A stretch of 64,000 bases of DNA from Lytechinus pictus (Eukaryota): positions 25,174,001-25,238,000 of the forward strand of contig NC_087245.1 of the NCBI RefSeq assembly GCF_037042905.1, in the 5' to 3' direction. Below the pieces are notes generated by a model. It saw nothing but the letters and a program-made list of their open reading frames with translations, made no database searches and had not been told where the DNA came from. The translations under genes and the position numbers were made by a program. Each line of letters begins with the position of its first letter. Position 1 is the stretch's first letter. Positions 47,891-61,725 of the stretch are shown here, in pieces.

Positions 47891-50511
47891 GACTGCATGG
47901 CGTGATAAATAGCCAGCAGATATATGAGAGTTGAATCATAGGTGTTTCACCATCCCTCTAATTCTTACCATACTAAACACCTTGCTCATAATTGTGTAAT
48001 TGTTGTAACAAGTACATAGTATCACAGGTTAAAAGAAGAAGGCATCCTGTTCTTACTTGTGAACACTATCCCATGGACTAATAAGGTGGTGCTGACAAGT
48101 CTTTTGGGGTTTCTTTAGTGCAATTAAAAACAGAAAATAAAAAACACCTAACAATGATGAGCAAGGCTGAGACTCCAAAAATAAACTCTGGGTAAATCTA
48201 GTTTCTTGATATTAAGAAAATGACTTGATTGTCCATGAAGTAAAATTTAGTAAGATACAATGTAATGATACTATTTATTTCAACAATACATAATTATAAT
48301 CACTGAATATATATATATTCTGTTAAAGGTTATACATACATTTAATGTACATATCTTTTAAGAACACACAAAGCTTTCCTTTTTTTTACCCCTATTTCAG
48401 AAAGACCGTTCATTTTACAAAATATCCCGGAATTTAACAAATGTTCTCCAATCTTCCACAATAGGTTATAATTCTCTTTATGCACAAAAAGGGCCCAGTG
48501 CCGTACATTGATCTAAAATTTTGAGGGGGCAAAATATTACATTTGACAAAATTTATTAAGAGTTGCGAGCGAGAGAGCGAGCAAAAATTTATGACATTTT
48601 GATTACAAAGATCCAATTTTGTTATAGATTTTGACATAATATTCAGAAAATAACATCATTCCCGGAAATAATAACTCCCCAGAAAACTTCCTGGAATCAT
48701 CCTGGAAAAAAGCAAAACTTCCCAGAATTTCTGGATTTTGGGGATTTTTTAAAGTGATGTACATATTTGTTTTTAGGTCATGTGCCATCTTTTCACCAAG
48801 TATGTGCTATTTACAAGAGTTTGGAATGACTACCTGGTCAGTAGCATGAAAGTATGTATTTGTTTACAATGATGGGCTGTATGCCTTAGGCCCCCACAAC
48901 CCAATTCATGTCTAATTTAGTGTGCAAAGGTGTTTCATCATAACTAAGGTCATGAAAATGCTGAAATGCACAAAAGAAAAATGATGACCTCACACTTTGT
49001 TACTTTTATGCCTTCTGCTTAATGCCCGTTTTGCATTTGGGGGTAACATATCAGTTATAGTAGGCTGTATGCTTTTTCATATCCATCATCATGTTTATAT
49101 TTTACTCTCCAGTTCTATTTTCAAACTTCTCGAGATGGTCAGATAGAGATCTGTGTCTAGCAAAATTGAATTAGACTTGTGGTAATGTGCAGGTTCTCAC
49201 ATGACCATGCAACTATTATGTATAAGCTATATCTCTCATTGTCTTGGTGCATATATATTTCATTTCACACCTGACGTAGCAGAGTTCTCGAGCAGCTGGC
49301 ATACAGAGGCTGGTGGGCAGGTGTTACAGGTATTTGTCATATGCAAGATCGCCGTCATCATCATTATTATTATCCCCTTTACTATAATGAGTAAATGAAA
49401 TGATTTGAATTTTAAAAATAAAAAAAAAGTTTTACAATGGAATGTTCATTAAAATAAAATAAGTCATGGCATTTTTAATCTGGGCATTATTTTTCTGCAA
49501 TTTTTTAAAGCATTTAAATTGGAATATGCAGTGAGTAAGGTGATGATTTTCCAATTTTTTGTTTGCATTTTATTACATAAAATAACATATGAAAGTATAT
49601 TTATTTAATTTTCTGCTCCAAGAATGTAAATATAGCATTGACTACTGAAAGATCATTTATTTTAAAGGAAAAGAAGAATGATTTCGAAGGACTTTTAAAA
49701 TGAAAGAAGACACCTCTTCAGCTTATAATACACATACTATTAGTTTACTGAAATAATGCCACATCATAAGATTCAATAACTTTGTTATTGTTTCATCAGA
49801 TTTTGATTTAATTTACTTGTTTGATTTTTATTGTATTATTTTAAATCATATCATAGTTGGCATGAATTACCCTTGTAAAGAGAATTGCCTTATTATGTAT
49901 GTAGGTGATAATATAAGGAGTCCGCAACATATTTTTTCAGCCAATTCCTCTCATGATTCCATTGCACTCATCATCCTCATCATTGATTCTTGAGACGAAG
50001 CAGAGCTTCTTGGTGATGCTGCAGTCTCCTCCTGGTGACTCATCCTGTCGCTATGGTAATGGGAGGCCCTAATCCATCCTCGATAGGGATAATGGATGGA
50101 TGGATGTTATCCGCTCCTGACATGATGGAGAGGATTGAGAGAGTGTGGGCAAGGATGAAGAAAGCCGACTGATAAATTCAGATCCAATCAATTTGTGACA
50201 TGGCCAGATTTTTATTTACATTAAAGGATTTTCCCCCTTTAACGGTTGGGGTGCTGCTGAATGGAAATAGAGGGATGCTAGCAGGAGGAGATGGAGATGG
50301 AGTTGGAGCGGGAGATGAGGTGTGGATGTTTATCTAAAAAGGATGTAATTGATATACAGAGAGAGAGAGAGAGAGGGAGAGATACAAACGGTGCTGCCAT
50401 GAAACTTTATGCAATTATAAGGGATTTGCGGCATGTACGCAGTATAAAGTTATAGAAATGGGAGGTTTATGTAATTTTGAGTTGGTTTAGGGTTCAATTT
50501 ACATCACATTT

Positions 50512-50610
50512 TAAGGAGGGGACCTTAAGCCGTCGGTCCTCTGGTTGCTTGCTTACAAGCATTCATGCTTTCTTAGCAATCAGGTAAAAAAATCACCACC
50601 ACCACCACCA
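50512..50610 (+). mobile_element. Probable SINE 3' fragment
   Basis: GGAGGGGACCTTAAGCCGTCGGTCC motif followed by an A-run and (CAC)n tail; recognised from memory only. Confidence 0.4.
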
Positions 50611-51118
50611 AATTAATTCCTGCTAATCTCACCTCTTGCTGTTTTGCCAAAATCATTGCTGTATGGAAAACATGTATCTTCATGATACATGCTTAGGAAC
50701 AATGATATATCTGGCATCATTTTATGAATGAAATGTATGGAGATTTATTAGTCAGTTCGACCTCACTTTTAAATTATTATCAAACAAGTCACTAACTCTG
50801 ATGATTCCATGAAAATGTGAAATAAAAAACATATTAAGTTAGCAATTGATTATGTCACAATCAGAACATTCTTATTTGAAAAATCATATGTCTCATTATT
50901 AATCTTATGAAAAAGCATATTTGTTTTGTAATGCTATTTCCTCATTGAAAAATAATAAAATGGAACATACATTACAAATATTCTTGGTGTAATATCAACA
51001 ACTCTTCCAATTGGGTATGTACAGTACCATGTTATGTTTATATTACAGTTTGAACATCATGTTTTGTTAGTATAATGGATACCCTTATTAGGTTTTCTCT
51101 ACTTTTGAGCTCAACTAA

Positions 51119-51580
51119 GAGGCTGTTCTCACTACGTTCCTAAAACTAGTTTACTGGAAACTAGTTTAGTGGAAACTAGTTTAACGCGTAGTGAGAACGG
51201 ATAAAGCGGTCTTGGAAGCGATCTTCCAAACCAGTTTGGAAAACCACCTCGCGATGTAGTTTTCAAGATCGCTTTGCCACGTTAAACTGGTTTTAGCGTA
51301 AGTGAGGACACAACCGTTCTTCGGAAAGCGATCTTCGCACATTTTGAGCGCGCTACTCCACACGACAGGTGTAGAATGCCTATGCTGCGGTTTCGAATTT
51401 CGCGCGAAACATGTCAACCTTATGAGAGTTTCCATAGCAACAAGAGCGCTTTACGTGAAGTGATTTTGAAAACCACTTTCGTGTGATCAAGTGGGAACGC
51501 TAGCAAAGCGATCTTCCAAACTGGTTTCCTGAAATGGTTTCCAGTAAACTAGTTTTATAAAGCGTAATGAGAACGGCCTC
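51119..51580. mobile_element. PIF/Harbinger MITE
   Basis: ~43-bp imperfect TIR GAGGC(T/C)GTTCTCA(C/T)TACG...TAAAACTAGTTTACTGGAAAC; TAA TSD at 51116-51118 and 51581-51583. Confidence 0.9.
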
Positions 51581-54500
51581 TAATGTGGGATGAGACTTGG
51601 GCCATTATGTAATTACTAGAGTGCCTTTAAAGAAATAATAAATAGAATTTTCTCCTGATGATCGTAGAGAGATTTCACAGCTTTTTTTTCTGGTATTCTA
51701 AGCTGCTGACTTATTTTTAAAAGACGCAGAATGTTAGTTAGGAAACATGAGTAGTCATAGATTCAAAGTACTGCAAGATGAAGCTTAAAGTTGAACTCAG
51801 AAGATGTAGAGCATAATAGATTGCAACTCCAAGAATGTAGACATGTTTATGTACAAGCATTCCTCGGTCGACTGCTCAGAAGTTAATCACGCTAATGCAT
51901 GCACCATCCAAACTTTGTCGTTTGTCCCCCAGCAATTAGAAGAACATAGCATTGCGGGTAGGTTTGTCCCGTGGTGTGCTGGCCATAGTATGTCGAAGAG
52001 TCGTTCCAGATTACGGGAGTCATTGATTTTGGGGGTTCAGAGCTGAATGTTTGTCTTAAGATGCGTGATGCTATTGCATGAATGTAGCATCGAAAGTGTA
52101 TTGAAAGATTACGTCACCGCATGGTGGGGGGGGGGGGGACATTCGAAGAACAACAAAAAAAGTGACATCAGAATGAACATCCCTTGCTCTCGATCCATTC
52201 TCCCAAATATTTGGACATATCAAGTTTTATTGGTTCCAATCAAAACCCAAATTGGATTGATTTTGTATTCATGCAATTTAGAGTGTAACCACTCCCTTCT
52301 TCAAAAAGCTGTTTTGCAAACTTATTCTGAATAGTTTTTGGCCATAAAAAGAGTATACATGTTTATTAGTTCAGTATGAACTATGACAAAGTTGTTCTTG
52401 TTATTGGTCAGTCTCCACTCTGCACTTGATTAGGTCATCTCTGAAATGGCTTATAATCAGAATAGTAATAAACTTGAGCATGGATGAAAAGAAAAATATT
52501 TGATTTAGTATAATAAAGTTCATTCAGGCATTTCAATTAAACGGGTTCTCGGCGGAGAGATGAACAGTTATAAAAATGCAATTACATATTTTTGAAGATT
52601 TGTTTTGTTGTCTAAGATTGCTGTTGGTTGTAATGGGTTCCATATAATTGAAGGCAAAAGATACATTGTAAAAAGTTAAATTTTGTTGCATTGCTCCAAA
52701 TTGCAATTGTTGAGTATATATTTGCACCATATTGGCAATGCTTCTTTTTCTGATTAGATAGTTTGATGACCTCTTCATAGGCTCATACATATTGTAATAC
52801 CGTTATGCACTGACATCATGTTAAATTTGACTTGAATAGTAAGTTTCATTGTGATGTATATTTCAGGTAGAAGAAATCTTAATGATATTGACAAATTCAG
52901 TGTCAAACTCACCATCTGAAATACAGATTGACCTATCTCTGCACTTTATAAATCTCTACCTTTTTAGTACAATATTTTTCTAAAAAAGAGGACCAGTGGT
53001 TACATGTATTACAAGTCAACTTGTTTACATCAGCAAGATAAGCGGATAATTTGACGCATTATTTTCTGCCAAGGAGGATGATAATATTGGATTTTGCCAG
53101 CTTTTCAGTGTGCTTTTTCAGCAAGGGCAGCTACAGTAACTGATGATTGCAATTACGGCTCCTGATCTCTAAAATTTGACCGATTAATTGCTTTTATTGA
53201 GGATGTGCTATGTATACATTTCAACTTTGTAGTGTCAGTTTGAGAAGACACATGGTTGATTGAACTCCAATTATGTTCCATCAGAGGGTGTTCTGACAGA
53301 CTAATCTGTTTTGGATGGAAGCAGTAATAATACAAGGTGATCCCTGTGGACTGTTAACACGTCCAGAAATCTTAACTCCAAACTAACGATTGCCAAAATG
53401 CAATGAACTATGTGTACTTTGAATCGGCAAAACTTGCAGAGTTGCATTTTTAATTTGTATTTATTTGCATTTTAGGTAAAATATCTGACCCATACTTTAA
53501 GGAGTAAGCAGCACCTTTGTCACTCAAAGTGCTCAGCAACATTTTGCAGGATTTTGCTCAGCATCTTTTCCATTTCCCAATCTCTCTATAATCGGAGAAC
53601 TTGTAAAATCCTGCATGCAGAGAAGCTGATTATTTTTTTTCTTAAAAAATACCTAAACATTGAGGGGCCTACTTAAAAGTGCCATGCTATTATCACCTTT
53701 GAAATCATCAGCTTTCAGGAGGTGTTTTCAAACCAACTCAGAAAAGTAAATGTTGCTGACAAATTGCATATACTTTAAATATGGCAGTGTGAACAGGTTT
53801 GGATAGGCAATGCGTGTTTGCTGTGCATTGGGTTGGAACCTTGTTAACAAGGTATTGAGCCTTTTGAGCTGTTTAGAGTGGAAACCTGTCCTCCTTTTTG
53901 TGAAACCCTGATTGATTTCTGCCCCCGTTTATTCATGATGCTCCCATCTGACCTTCCTATTCAATGTTTATCAATGTACATTAGAGTAGGGACTGTAAGC
54001 TTTTGGTTAGACAATTTGCCAATGAATCTATGCATGAATCTCTGATCGATAAGTCATTATATGATGTATGAGACACTTTGATGTACAATCTTATAATAAA
54101 TCTGTGATCAATGACACGTTTTGATGTGAAATGCATAATACAGTGGATGCATGGGAATGAAAAGTTGATTTGAAGATGGAATATTTTTATTTAAAAGAAA
54201 GTGACCATGTCTAGAAACTCTAGAGGCAGGGCAAATGAATGTATCAAGGGATTGATGCTAATGCTAGAGTGTTTTAGAATTAAATAAGGAAAAGGAACAA
54301 TTTGAAGACCACCCCCCCTCCCCAGATCTAATGTGGAAGGGGAATTGGCTATCAAATTAGCTCAAACGCAATATTCCCCCCAAAAGAGAAATACTGAGAG
54401 CATGGAGGAAGGAGAGAGAGTGAGAGAGAGAAAAAATGGAGGGGGATGTTCATAAACTTAAGTGAGAATTGAACTTTGAATAGTACAAAACATTGTTTAA

Positions 54501-55809
54501 TTTCAAAGTTGTCTGAGGCACCAAGTTGTCTGTCTCAGGTAACAAGTTATGAATTATTACCATTAATAGGATGCAAAGTCAAATTATCGTAGCTGGGGGC
54601 ATTTCCGTCTTTTTTTCTGATGGAAAACTTTGTATAAAGAAAAGCACGTTCTCCCACAAAGCAGATAGTGCTGTGTGGGGGATAAGTGGTGTGGTTAGAT
54701 CCCATCTTTACAAACTCATTCACTATGAATGATAAACTCATATCAGAATATGTATAAAAAAAACTGTTAAACCTATTAATACCAAGGTCATTTCATCAAA
54801 TTATCCTTTGACCCCTCAATAACTATCTCTTCTTTCCTGATACCAATTTTATTTTTATCAGATCATATGCTTGCCCGACCACAAAGAGTATGAAATACAA
54901 TGTACGTATAATATTTTCATTAAATTAAATTCGGAGTTTAAAGCAAATATTTATTAATTTTTAAATATAAAATTTGGTATGTTTGTGAAGGGAATATCAT
55001 CTCATATTTGGATATGGGCCCTAAAACTTTGTTTACACCAAATTGCAATATGGAGGGAGAAATTTGACCAAAAAATGGCAGCAAAAAGGGGATCAAACCC
55101 ATCACCTTCAGCTCAGGCACTCCCTTCCACTGAACCACAATTTCTGGTGGCTCAGTGGAATTCTGTAATTCAGTTCCATTAAGCACGGAGGTCGTAGGAA
55201 GATTTGCATTAAGCGATTAAAAAAAAAAAATCACCTTCCCAATCCTCATTCAGGTGTATAGAAGGAGTGATATCGGGTATTCTACTTTAGGACAGTGCTC
55301 TAATTCAATGCATGGTGCTTTCTGCCATATCTACTGCTCCAGACAATCATACAATCAAGTAATCCCATCTCACTCATTTATTGACACGTAAGGGGGTAGA
55401 AACATGCATTATGAATAGCAGAATGGGTGTCCATGTCAAGGAAAGTCTCTTTGAAATGCTGGATTTAATGTCCCTATGCAGAATATTGTTATCATGGTTT
55501 TAACTGTCACAAGGGGGGGGGGGGGGTGTCTTGGGGATTTAGTAGTATTAGTAAAGAACATTCATCTATTTCTCAAAAGGGACTGGTCTGGTTCATTTTT
55601 TTTTACATTTTATTGATGGCTGAGAATATATTTTTTGTGTGTACAGTTAAATGATTTTGTTTTGAAGTGCTGCTAAATAAGTAAGTTGAATATGATGGGG
55701 TAGTGATATAGGCCTAGGTCACATTTGATCATAATAGCTGATAGGTTTTGTATGTCAACAAGCATTCTCGTAGCATGCTTACTGTAAATGTAGATCATTA
55801 AGAACTATT

Positions 55810-56055
55810 CTGCCGTACTTTGGCAAAAGGAAGCAAGTTACAAAAGTAAGTATCATTTGTTGTAAATGAGCAATGTGTGTTTGTCATTTACATAGGCGTC
55901 AATGCAATGTAACACCATATTTTCTTCAATAACTTTCCATAGAATGATCATTTCTTCCCCAAATTTTGCCTGAACATGCAACCTACAAAGGTTGTACAAC
56001 AATAACTAGAATTTGACTGATGTGTCACTTGCTTCCTTTTGCCAAAGTTGGGCAG
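55810..56055. mobile_element. MITE with 4-bp TSD (Sola-like)
   Basis: TIR CTGCCGTACTTTGGCAAAAGGAAGCAAGT vs CTGCCCAACTTTGGCAAAAGGAAGCAAGT; TATT at 55806-55809 and 56056-56059. Confidence 0.85.
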
Positions 56056-56439
56056 TATTGCATTTTTGTCATGGTTTGAAATTCCATGTAGACTTAGATA
56101 CAGTTGGAAGATGGAGAATTGTTTACCCCTGTACAGCGATGATTTAGAATAAATAAACCTGTATGTAGCCGGGTGAGATCAAAGTGACATGTCTGCTGTG
56201 AAAGCCGGTGAAATTGTAGGGCTTTTCTGGTGTTAGTATGTGTGATGGTTGTCAAAAAAAGGGGAGAAAAGAATACATGAAGCCTGCGAAAGGAGATTCC
56301 AGGGGAGGCGGAGAGGTGGAAGTGGAAGCTTTTGCAATACCCCCACTTGCTCGGCTCCCCTATTTATCCTGATTTGCACCCATTGTCTGGGTTTAATACC
56401 CTGTCTCTGTATACACCTCTATCCGAGATGCACACGCTG

Positions 56440-56956
56440 GTCTGAGCCAATTGTACGCGCCCCAAATGAATGAATGAGAGAGGGAGAGAGAAAGAGAGAG
56501 ACAGCTTGGGAGACCTTTTAGACCAAACAATTATCCTGCTCTATTTGGCGGTAGTCTGCTGCTGCGATGTGTGGAAGTAGCGGCAGAGTAGAGTGAGGAT
56601 TTCACCATATCTGATTCTCATTCAGTCGCCAGCTGCCAAGGCTTTTCTGCTGGTAGCACCTCTTTCTCCGTTAGTTATTCGGATAGACAGTTCCTACTCC
56701 AATTATTGCACTTTTCCTTGGATTTCATTTATCGTTGTTATTACAGTCTGAATGTTGTGCTGACTCGTCTTGGATATATATATTGGACTATATAGCTGAT
56801 TCACCGTGAACTTGAATATCAGCTTTCAATTCAGGATTCATTTTTTTCGTTGGATTTCTGGAAATTGCCAAGGAAGAGGGAGGTTGAAAAGGGGAGGGGT
56901 GGATGATGAGCTACCAGTGATGGAGGATGGAGCTAATGTTCTTTGTCTGTGATGAG
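56440..56956 (+). promoter_or_regulatory. Candidate promoter and first exon (optional short ORF MELMFFVCDE from 56927)
   Basis: CCAAT at 56447, GA-repeat ~56475-56500, Inr-like TCAGTC at 56622, consensus donor GAG|GTAAGT after 56956. Confidence 0.45.
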
Positions 56957-58304
56957 GTAAGTCGAAAATTAAAGCTTGACATCTGTCAGGATGAAGACAT
57001 TCAAAATACAGTACGATATAACATCATACAGGAAGGGTGTAACGTGATGAAACATAAACTGAATAATTGCAACCCCCCCTTTCAAAGTTTCAGAGAAAAA
57101 AAAATTTTTGTTGATAAATGCATAGTCATAGATATATTAGTATGCCAATAGGTCTACTTATTTGGAGGAATATAGAGATAATATCTTAGCATATGCCTGT
57201 TTGACAAGATATCCAACATATTACATAAATTTCTTTATTAATGATTTTTTTTCTTCATTTCCACACATTACCATAACCATGTATGCTGTAATAACCTACA
57301 TCTGTTAAAAAATTACCCAAAACAACTTAACACCCAAAACACTTTATTTTTGGTACACAATCAAGTCTGTCTCTGTCGGCATTGCATCACACCTATTGAG
57401 CAATTAAGACCCCTTTGGTGCTTATAAAGGGGTTCTTTATACACGACCTGATTAAGAAATGAAGCTCGTTTTAGAAAGAGAATTAAAGCCCTGCTGTATT
57501 GGGATCAAACTAAAGGTATGGACAATGAACCCAATCTCAATCCCTTGTGAGTAAAGAGGCTTGAACAGCCAGGGATGGTCCGTCTCCATTCATTGGGCGC
57601 TAGCTCTTATGGTTACACAATGAGGATTAATTGACCAACAAGTAATCAGACAGAAGACGAGAATACATAAAGAAAATAGTTTATTGATTTTTCTTTCCAT
57701 GCTGTGATTCTGACTGACTTCATCCTTTGATCATGGAGGTACATGTATATATCCACCCTTTCATGATGGTTTGCAGCTTCAAGTTGCTTTTTGTTGATAT
57801 TTTGGAGATGTTGTGTATCTATTTGATTTGTATTCTCATTTCCCTGTTCATTCCTTCAAATCTGTCAACATGTATCTCGCTTTTCATCTACTTGTATCTA
57901 TCATTTTATGAAAAAAAAACGCTCAGCTCAGCATCATAATTATTTTGATTTTCTAGTGAAATACAATCCAAATGAACAAATCCTTTGTGATAACATACCT
58001 TGTCAAAGGCTATGTATACAACATGAACTTTCTCAACTTTCTCGCTTTTCCTGACCGGAAATGGTTTGAAGTGGTTTCAAGTTCTAATCGTGCAACACCT
58101 GACCTAGAAATGTCCTCGCTCACTTTAAACACCTTTTATTTACAGAAGTATTTAAACTATGGACAAATTGGTTAATTGTTTAGCACAACAGTAAACCTTT
58201 CCACATTGTGCCTGTACACGTAAGGATAATGTATCTTAGGTATATGCTTGTGTGTATACTATGTCAATTATTACGAAGGTAGAACCACTAATTAGTGATT
58301 AAGA

Positions 58305-58634
58305 AATAATAATAATAATAAAGAGTATTTCTAAAGCGCCAAATCCACATTGATTATGTGCTCAAGGCGCTGCGAAAAGGAAATAAGAGAAAAATTACAC
58401 GGTACAGGAAGGGACAAAGATAAAAAGAATGACAGTCATGACAATGAAAGGAAACTACTGGAAGGCTATTTTAAACAAATGGGTTTTTAGAGTAATTTTG
58501 AAATTATCGATATTTGAAATACTACGAATGGAATATAGCAACTGATTCCATAAGGATGGCCCAGCATGTGCAAATGTCCGATCCCCCCATGATTTCTTGG
58601 ATTTAGGAACTGTAAGCAATTTAGTATCAGAAGA
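58305..58634 (-). mobile_element. 5'-truncated L2-type LINE (ORF2 C-terminus + 3' UTR)
   Basis: SSDTKLLTVPKSKKSWGDRTFAHAGPSLWNQL...FKITLKTHLFKIAFQ*; 3' stem-loop GCGCCTTGAGCACAT...TGTGGATTTGGCGC and (TAT)n tail. Confidence 0.9.
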
Positions 58635-58672
58635 CACAGGATTGACAAGAATTGAGCCGAAAATTAACTATT

Positions 58673-59150
58673 AGGTGGTTTCAAACCGCCTCGATCACAA
58701 GAATCCCCGTTAAATTACGAGAACTTTTTTAGGCTGAAAAATACCCATTAATTATTCCTGCATTCACACCGCCTTGAAACATACCCTTCGGGATAAGTTC
58801 CTGAAGTTACGAGCATGCGCAGTATGGTCTGATAAGCAGCAAGGCGCGAAATTCAAAATCACTAGCCCAGCAGCAACCCATGTACGGCGCCGCACCCAAC
58901 GACACGCTGGGCTAAAAGTTCCCGTAATTTGCTTTCAGACCGCCAAAATACCCACGACCTTGGAAAAATCCCCGCGAAAGTTCTCGTAATTTCGCCAAGT
59001 ACCTACTATTTATCAGGTATTTTCTTTCGGGGATATTACGCGTAATTTGCTTTCACACCGCCAAAATACCTGGTATTTTCTGATCGGGGTAAATTTCCCG
59101 ATCAGAGAATACCTGGAACTGGCGAACTTCGAGGCGGTCTGAAACCACCT
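58673..59150. mobile_element. PIF/Harbinger-like MITE
   Basis: TIR AGGTGGTTTCA(A/G)ACCGCCTCGA; 3-bp ATT on both flanks; internal TTCA(C/G)ACCGCC repeats. Confidence 0.88.
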
Positions 59151-59495
59151 ATTGAGAACCCAAACTCATGTTATATTTGATTGCTGTCAGGGGGAGGGGG
59201 GGGGGGGTTGAATACAGTAGTGACCATTGATTCAAGGCAAAAGGGTTGGCTTTTTCCCCCCTCCACCCTCCGAAAAAAATATCAGCATGTTATAATTATA
59301 TGCAAGGGATGCATGGATATAAAAGTTCAAGTGGCAGTATTGTGATAATTATCAAAGGTGTCATGCTTCATTTTCTGCATTGAGCCATTATATTTATTAA
59401 TTTTTTTGTGAAATTTTATTGTTAAAATTTGAATCATGCAGGCTGTAATATAGGCCTATATGTAAAGTATCAACATCTAATCTCCGTAGGATTTA

Positions 59496-60312
59496 GGCTG
59501 CGTTTATGCGACCTCAAGCCAGAATCATGATTTGAATCATGATTCAAAACACAAACATGAATCACAATATCACAGAATCAGCGTTTAGACGACCTTCATT
59601 CCAATGCTGTTTCTCCTCAGATTCGGGCCAATCCAGTGCGCATCACTAGTGCGCAGTTTGACAGAGGAAGTTTTTCGCACGTGTTTCGGCTCTCGAAAAT
59701 TCTTTTGCTTCCATCAGAATTTAGTATATACCTCATTTTGTTAACTTCTATCATATAGAGCCCATATGCTTCTATTCATCTTGTTAGTTTATCCAAAATG
59801 GTGTTCGGAAGTGAATTTCAGCGTAGATCCAATTTAATATTGATACTGTATACTCAACAACACCTGAGATCATTGTCTGTCCAGTTAATTCATTTACTAG
59901 AACTTGAAGTTGAAGACATGACCAAAAAATGAAAAGTAGTGGACGATGCGATGACCCACACACAACTTGAACATGACAAGAAATGCATGCATACTGCATA
60001 GTCATGTACATACAATGAGCATATAGAGCGCCTTGAGCTTGGCAATTAAGAGTCAAACCGAAAGTAGCCCGACACAACAGTGAGGTCATAGAATCATGAT
60101 TGTAATCACGATATCGTTTATTCGAACATTTTCGTACGTGATTCTGCAGAAACGTCTTTCCAAACGCCCCTTTTTTCGTGTTCCATGTTTGTGATTCTAA
60201 TCATGATTATACTCAATTTCGACTAAACGCAATCGTGATTCTGCAGAATCATAATTTGAATCATGATTCAAATCATGATTTTAGGGTAAAAAAGTGGCGG
60301 ATAAACGCACCC
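59496..60312. mobile_element. PIF/Harbinger-like MITE (~820 bp)
   Basis: GGCTGCGTTTATGCG vs GGGTGCGTTTATCCG; subterminal inverted AATCATGATT arrays at ~59521 and ~60255. Confidence 0.8.
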
Positions 60313-61491
60313 ATTGACAGCTTTAATTTGTTGCTTGTGATTTATTTTAATACACAAAGAAGATTGATTGCAAGTGATTGATTATTGATCCCGGCCTATA
60401 GTATTGTGTATGCTCCCTTTAAACCTTAGGTGTTGTTTGGATCCATGAGATCTTTGGATAAACTAGAAACCGATTGCCAGGAAGAATGGAAGAAAAGGAA
60501 GGAAGCTTCAATGGGAGAGAGAGATGAGATATCGAGAAAGAGAGTGGTGGGGTAACATCTGCATGCATTGCACATGGCTGTTTGTTTCCTCGTTTGTTTT
60601 TAAAAGAAACAAGAATTATATGATCAGCTTGAACTATACATCTCCGACCTTATGATTATGTAAAAAGGCAATGCAAGTGTGATAGTGGAATTGGTTAACT
60701 CCTACAGTAATTTCATCATTACTAAATTATTCATACCATAAACATGTTTCATAGGAATGTTTCTATTGTACGAATAAAATCTTGAGTTGATCAAACTATA
60801 AAGGCATTGATTGAGTACAATATGTGATATTCTATCCTTTGTTGTGCATGCACTATACAGGGAAAATCAGATCAAATAGGAAAATCAGTTCAATGAGAAT
60901 AATCAGCTATAAGATAGAAAATCAGTTAACTGGGGGGAAACTAGATCAGTTTGGGAAGCTGGTTCACCTGGGAAAATACATTTCAACATGGAAAGTTGTT
61001 AAGCAGGTCCCTGGAATAGGTGTATAGATACTAGTGAAAATCTGCAAAACAAGGACATTTTGGGGGTGATTTTCTTAGTAGATTAATTTATTGCATTACT
61101 GGTATATCCCTTACAAAAACACCATTTTATGACTGAACATTCTGATGCATAAACCAGTATACTGCCATTATTCAATCAGAAAATTACTTCCAATGAGAAA
61201 TCCATACGAAGAAAAACCCCAGTCATGCTGACTCACGGTGAGTGGAACCATCGCATCATATAGGGAACATATGGATGGACGTCATCATCGTTCAACATCC
61301 ATCTCTCTCAAGAATTAGGGGAAATAATTAGAACTAGAATTTTTGCAACACTCAACGAGCATGACACCCCAGAGTGAGATGTCAATTTACATTCACTTCA
61401 ACACCTTCATGTACCCTCTCACCTGGTCTTCAGTCCAGTCAATATTTTTTTTGTCGATTAAATTAAAATTTATCTGATATAAATATTACTG

Positions 61492-61725
61492 ATAATAATA
61501 ATAATAATAATTAAAGATTTGTATAGCGCACATATCTGTCGATGACACTCAAGGCGCACAATTAACTACTTATATAAAACAGAAATCAATAAATACATAA
61601 AAATGAACAAACTGAGAAGAAAAAATACACAATCAGTTAAGTTGGTAGTCAAAAAATAAAAAATGGCCTTATCACACAACAGTTAAGGAAATGCTTCCCT
61701 CATGAGGTAAGTCTTCAATTTGCTG
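61492..61725 (-). mobile_element. L2 3' fragment
   Basis: Minus strand SKLKTYLMREAFP*, then GCGCCTTGAG...GCGCTATACAAAT and (TAT)n. Confidence 0.7.
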
